Positions 60,529 to 64,000 of a stretch of DNA of 64,000 bases are shown piece after piece. Location of the stretch: NCBI GenBank assembly GCA_043824255.1, contig JBDRTG010000047.1, positions 96,001-160,000 on the forward strand, in the 5' to 3' direction. Each line of letters begins with the position of its first letter. Positions within the stretch are counted from its first letter, which is position 1. The notes beneath the pieces are model-generated. The model was not told where the DNA came from, did no database searches, and saw only the letters and a program-made list of their open reading frames with translations. This DNA is from a bacterium (lineage in GTDB: Bacteria; JAHJDO01). The position numbers were made by a program, and so were the translations under genes.

Positions 60529-61653
60529 ATGAAACAATTTTCTCTTTTAATAAAGCCTGCATCTGCTGACTGTAATCTTCATTGTCCATATTGTTTTTAT
60601 CTGGATCGAAGTACTCTCTATCCAGAAACCAAACGTCACCGCATGCCTGATAAGGTACTTGCGCAAATGATTTCCAGTTATATGAAAACAGAGCAGAACC
60701 AGTATGCTTTTGGCTGGCAGGGGGGTGAGCCAATGCTTATGGGTGTGGATTTTTTCCGCAGGGTGACTGAACTTCAGCAGAAGTATGGTAAGAATGGAGC
60801 TTTGGTTGCAAACGGACTTCAAACAAATGCTACATTAATTGACGTGGAATTTGCCAGGCACCTTGCAAAATATAAATTTTTAGCAGGAGTTAGTCTTGAT
60901 GGACCTGAGAACATACATAACCGCTATAGAATTACTGCTGATGGACGTGGGTCATATACAGATGTCTTAAGAGGCATAGAACATCTAAAACAGAATAATG
61001 TTGAGTTTAACATTCTGGCTCTCGTTACTTCAGCAAATGTAAAAAAAGCTAGGGAAGTTTATAGTTTTCTCTGTGATATGGGATTTTTCTATCATCAATA
61101 TATTCCCTGTGTTGAGTTTGACAATAAAGGACACCCCATGCCTTTTTCAATTAATGGAGAGGAATGGGGTGATTTTCTATGTGAGATTTTTGATGAGTGG
61201 ATCAAAAGGGATACAAAAAAAGTCTCTGTACGTCTGTTTGATTCTATTCTCACATTGATTGTAGACGGTGTATATAATGTCTGTCATATGGGAGATAACT
61301 GCTGTCAGTATTTTGTTGTGGAACATAATGGAGAGATATATCCATGCGATTTCTTTGTTGAATCGAATAAAAAACTTGGGAACATAATGAATGATTCATG
61401 GGAAGAACTTCAAAATTCTCCGCAATATATAGAATTTGGTAGAAAAAAAGCTCTCTGGAATGAGGAATGTAATCACTGTGAACATCTTAAATACTGCTCA
61501 GGTGATTGCTTAAAGCATCGTCTTTATAAAAGAGATAATTCGAAAGATTTGAGCTGGCTATGTAAGGGCTGGAAGCAGTTTTTTAATCACGCTCTTCCTG
61601 AGCTTAAGAAGCTTGCCAAACAACTTGCCAATCAAAGAGGTTGGTACGTTTGA
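60529..61653 (+). CDS. Anaerobic sulfatase maturase (radical SAM/SPASM)
   Basis: LIKPASADCNLHCPYCFY, WQGGEP, QTN, YPCDF, CNHCEHLKYCSGDC. Confidence 0.88.
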   Translation: MKQFSLLIKPASADCNLHCPYCFYLDRSTLYPETKRHRMPDKVLAQMISSYMKTEQNQYAFGWQGGEPMLMGVDFFRRVTELQQKYGKNGALVANGLQTNATLIDVEFARHLAKYKFLAGVSLDGPENIHNRYRITADGRGSYTDVLRGIEHLKQNNVEFNILALVTSANVKKAREVYSFLCDMGFFYHQYIPCVEFDNKGHPMPFSINGEEWGDFLCEIFDEWIKRDTKKVSVRLFDSILTLIVDGVYNVCHMGDNCCQYFVVEHNGEIYPCDFFVESNKKLGNIMNDSWEELQNSPQYIEFGRKKALWNEECNHCEHLKYCSGDCLKHRLYKRDNSKDLSWLCKGWKQFFNHALPELKKLAKQLANQRGWYV

Positions 61654-61685
61654 CGGAGTAATAATATTAAAGTATAATTCCTTAA

Positions 61686-62450
61686 ATGTACTATTTATTA
61701 GCTCCTTTAGCTGGTATATTCGCAGGAATCGGATCAGGGCTTTTAGGCATGGGAGGAGGTGCAATCCTTGTCCCTGTTTTACTATTTATCTTCAGATTGT
61801 CTATTAAAGAAGCAATCGGGACAAGCCTGTGTATAATTGTACTTACTGCTATATCAGCAATAATTGTACATTGGAAAGAAAAACAGGTTAATTTAAAACT
61901 GGCTATTGTCATGGCTTTAAGCGGAGTTATTGGTGCCCAGCTTGGGTCTTATCTTAATAAGATTATTCCTGATAATATAATTAAACTCATATTTACAGTT
62001 GTCGTGATTATATTCGGTTTTAAAATGTGGATAGGGACAAATAACGGAGGGGGAAAAATTTCCGCTGCCAATAATACTTCTAACATAAGATTCAATAAAT
62101 CATTAGCGTTAATTCTCGGGCTAATTGCTGGAACCGCTTCTGGCCTGCTTGGGATAGGAGGAGCATTGATCATGGTTCCTGTAATGCATATATTTTTATG
62201 TATTCCCATGAATATATGTGTTGGAACTTCCCTTTTTATTGTATTCTTTAATTCCCTTTCAGGAGTAGTGGGCTATATAGCCAGAGGAGATACGAATTTG
62301 AAACTTGCAATTCTTATAGCTATTGGCTCAGTTGTTGCCGCTCCTTTTGGTGCAAAACTAAGCGTAAAGATTTCACGAGAAAAACTAAGAAAAATATTTG
62401 CTGTTGTTCTTGTGCTTGCTGGGATAGCTATATTGTTTAAGAAAGTATGA
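61686..62450 (+). CDS. TauE/SafE (TSUP) family transporter
   Basis: Duplicated GLLG[MI]GG[GA] and GTSL halves; about 8 TM. Confidence 0.9.
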   Translation: MYYLLAPLAGIFAGIGSGLLGMGGGAILVPVLLFIFRLSIKEAIGTSLCIIVLTAISAIIVHWKEKQVNLKLAIVMALSGVIGAQLGSYLNKIIPDNIIKLIFTVVVIIFGFKMWIGTNNGGGKISAANNTSNIRFNKSLALILGLIAGTASGLLGIGGALIMVPVMHIFLCIPMNICVGTSLFIVFFNSLSGVVGYIARGDTNLKLAILIAIGSVVAAPFGAKLSVKISREKLRKIFAVVLVLAGIAILFKKV

Positions 62451-63739
62451 TATACGTCATTTATAACACTCTTTTGTATTCTATGTCTATCATTGCATCG
62501 CCCTATTTTTTATGCAAACTTGTTTTTACTGAAAAGCATAGAATGGGCTTATCACAGCGATTCGGTAAATTGCCTCAGTCGTTGATAGATATAGCTCAAT
62601 CTGGCAAATCAGTCTGGATACATGCTGTTTCTGTGGGAGAAGTAGCAGCTGCAATGCCATTCATTGATGAGTTCAAGAAAACATTTCCTGATTATAGAAT
62701 TTTTCTTTCAACAGTTACTGCTACAGGCAATCAGTTTGCAAAGAAAATAAAAAATATTGATGGATTATTCTTCTTTCCATTTGACTATTCGTTCGCAGTT
62801 AAAAAAGCCATAAAACATATAAGCCCAAATATATTTATAACATTTGAGACAGAAATATGGCCAAATTTTCTCAAGTATGCCCAAGACATGAAAATCCCAT
62901 GTATCCTTGTAAATGGTCGTATATCTCCAGACTCTTTCAAGCGTTATAAAAAAGCGAAATTTTTCTTTAAACACATCCTTAAGAATTTCTCAGCATTTTG
63001 CATGCAAACAGAACAAGATAAAACAAGAATCTTGGAACTAGGCGCAGAAAAAAGAAAAGTCAGGATAACTGGAAATACAAAGTTTGACGCACTTGTTAGC
63101 AAAGAAGAAAATACAAAAATAAAAAATAAATTTACAAAAATCTTTGATATTAAAGAAAATGATAAGGTTATTATTGCAGGCAGTACACACCGAGGAGAAG
63201 AAGAAAAAGTCTTAGACGCATTTGAATATATTTGCCAAAAAGTCAGCAATGTTCTTCTGATACTTGCTCCAAGACATCCTGAACGCTTTCGGGAAATAAC
63301 AAAATTGTTGAAAGATAGAAATATAGATTACATTCTGAGATCAACGTTAGATAAGACTGAGAGAAAGGAGCAGCAGGTCATAATCCTTGATACGATTGGA
63401 GAATTATCGAAACTATATACTATAGCTGATGTTGTATTTATTGGAGGAAGTTTGGTGCCTACAGGAGGACATAATGTCATTGAACCAGCAAGCCTGGGCA
63501 AACCAGTCGTTTTTGGCCCATATATGTATAACTTTACTGAGAGTGCAAATCTGCTTCTTGAGTGCAAGGGAGCTATTCAGATATCTGATGAGGCTGGACT
63601 TGCAGCTTGTTTATTGAAGCTGATCTTAAATCCTGAATATGCAGAACAAATTGGTGGGATTGCAAAGGAAACTGTACAACAAAACAAAGGTGCAAGTAAA
63701 AGAAATCTTGAAATTATATCGGGATTTTTGAATTATTAG
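62447..63739 (+). CDS. waaA: Kdo transferase
   Basis: WIHAVSVGE, ETEIWPN, GSTH, APRHPER, GGHNVIEPA. Confidence 0.95.
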   Translation: MIYVIYNTLLYSMSIIASPYFLCKLVFTEKHRMGLSQRFGKLPQSLIDIAQSGKSVWIHAVSVGEVAAAMPFIDEFKKTFPDYRIFLSTVTATGNQFAKKIKNIDGLFFFPFDYSFAVKKAIKHISPNIFITFETEIWPNFLKYAQDMKIPCILVNGRISPDSFKRYKKAKFFFKHILKNFSAFCMQTEQDKTRILELGAEKRKVRITGNTKFDALVSKEENTKIKNKFTKIFDIKENDKVIIAGSTHRGEEEKVLDAFEYICQKVSNVLLILAPRHPERFREITKLLKDRNIDYILRSTLDKTERKEQQVIILDTIGELSKLYTIADVVFIGGSLVPTGGHNVIEPASLGKPVVFGPYMYNFTESANLLLECKGAIQISDEAGLAACLLKLILNPEYAEQIGGIAKETVQQNKGASKRNLEIISGFLNY

Positions 63740-63763
63740 ATATGGAGAGAGTATAAATTGCCT

Positions 63764-64000
63764 ATGAAAGAAGCTCTATATTACAAAAAGCTCAACAATG
63801 ATTCTGTGCAATGTTTGCTCTGCCCAAAGCTATGTAAGATTAAGGAGGGTAAAAGCGGGTTCTGTGGCGCAAGGGAAAATATAGGGAATAAGCTGTTCTC
63901 AAACATATATTCCCGCGTCAGTTCCCAGGGAATGGATCCTATAGAGAAAAAGCCGTTGTATCACTTTTACCCCGGAAGTTTAATCCTCTCGTTAGGAACT
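63764..64000 (+). CDS. amrS: AmmeMemoRadiSam radical SAM enzyme (partial, runs off window end)
   Basis: Manual translation: MKEALYY..VQCLLCPKLC..GFCGAREN..DPIEKKPLYHFYPGS. Confidence 0.85.
   Translation, partial: MKEALYYKKLNNDSVQCLLCPKLCKIKEGKSGFCGARENIGNKLFSNIYSRVSSQGMDPIEKKPLYHFYPGSLILSLGT

Overview
AT-rich chromosomal segment from a diderm bacterium (secretin, waaA and MEP pathway genes are present). The pilin style and gene repertoire look PVC/Omnitrophota-like, but that is an unverified impression. 1-16.3 kb is a complete minus-strand type IVa pilus locus: two pilA-like pilins, pilV/W/X/X, pilMNOPQ, pilB, pilC, pilSR and a partial pilT, with a sigma54 promoter. Inside it, between pilQ and pilB, lie a catalytically dead membrane GGDEF protein and a stand-alone MshEN protein; this is the best candidate here for an undescribed system. 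Next comes a signalling island: FHA-GAF histidine kinase, receiver, and a Ser/Thr kinase with three 90-aa repeats. It is followed by tRNA-Ser, ywlE-rpiB-glyA, a GT-C-like protein, an AraC/amidohydrolase/2x DegT cluster, rpmA-dxr-rseP-ispG, an orphan PD-(D/E)xK-like gene and a probably truncated LplT/Aas-type gene. After these come proS, pilZ, udg, secA, tRNA-Pro, der/plsY/gpsA, a CsgG-zinc-ribbon protein, tRNA-Leu, queECF, a decaying type II RM pair and a secreted EEP nuclease. The window ends with a DeoR/polyol dehydrogenase/acetoin-dehydrogenase-like operon, a sulfatase maturase, tauE, waaA and a partial amrS. No CRISPR array, rRNA or intact transposase was seen. All calls come from motif reading by eye; no database searches were run.
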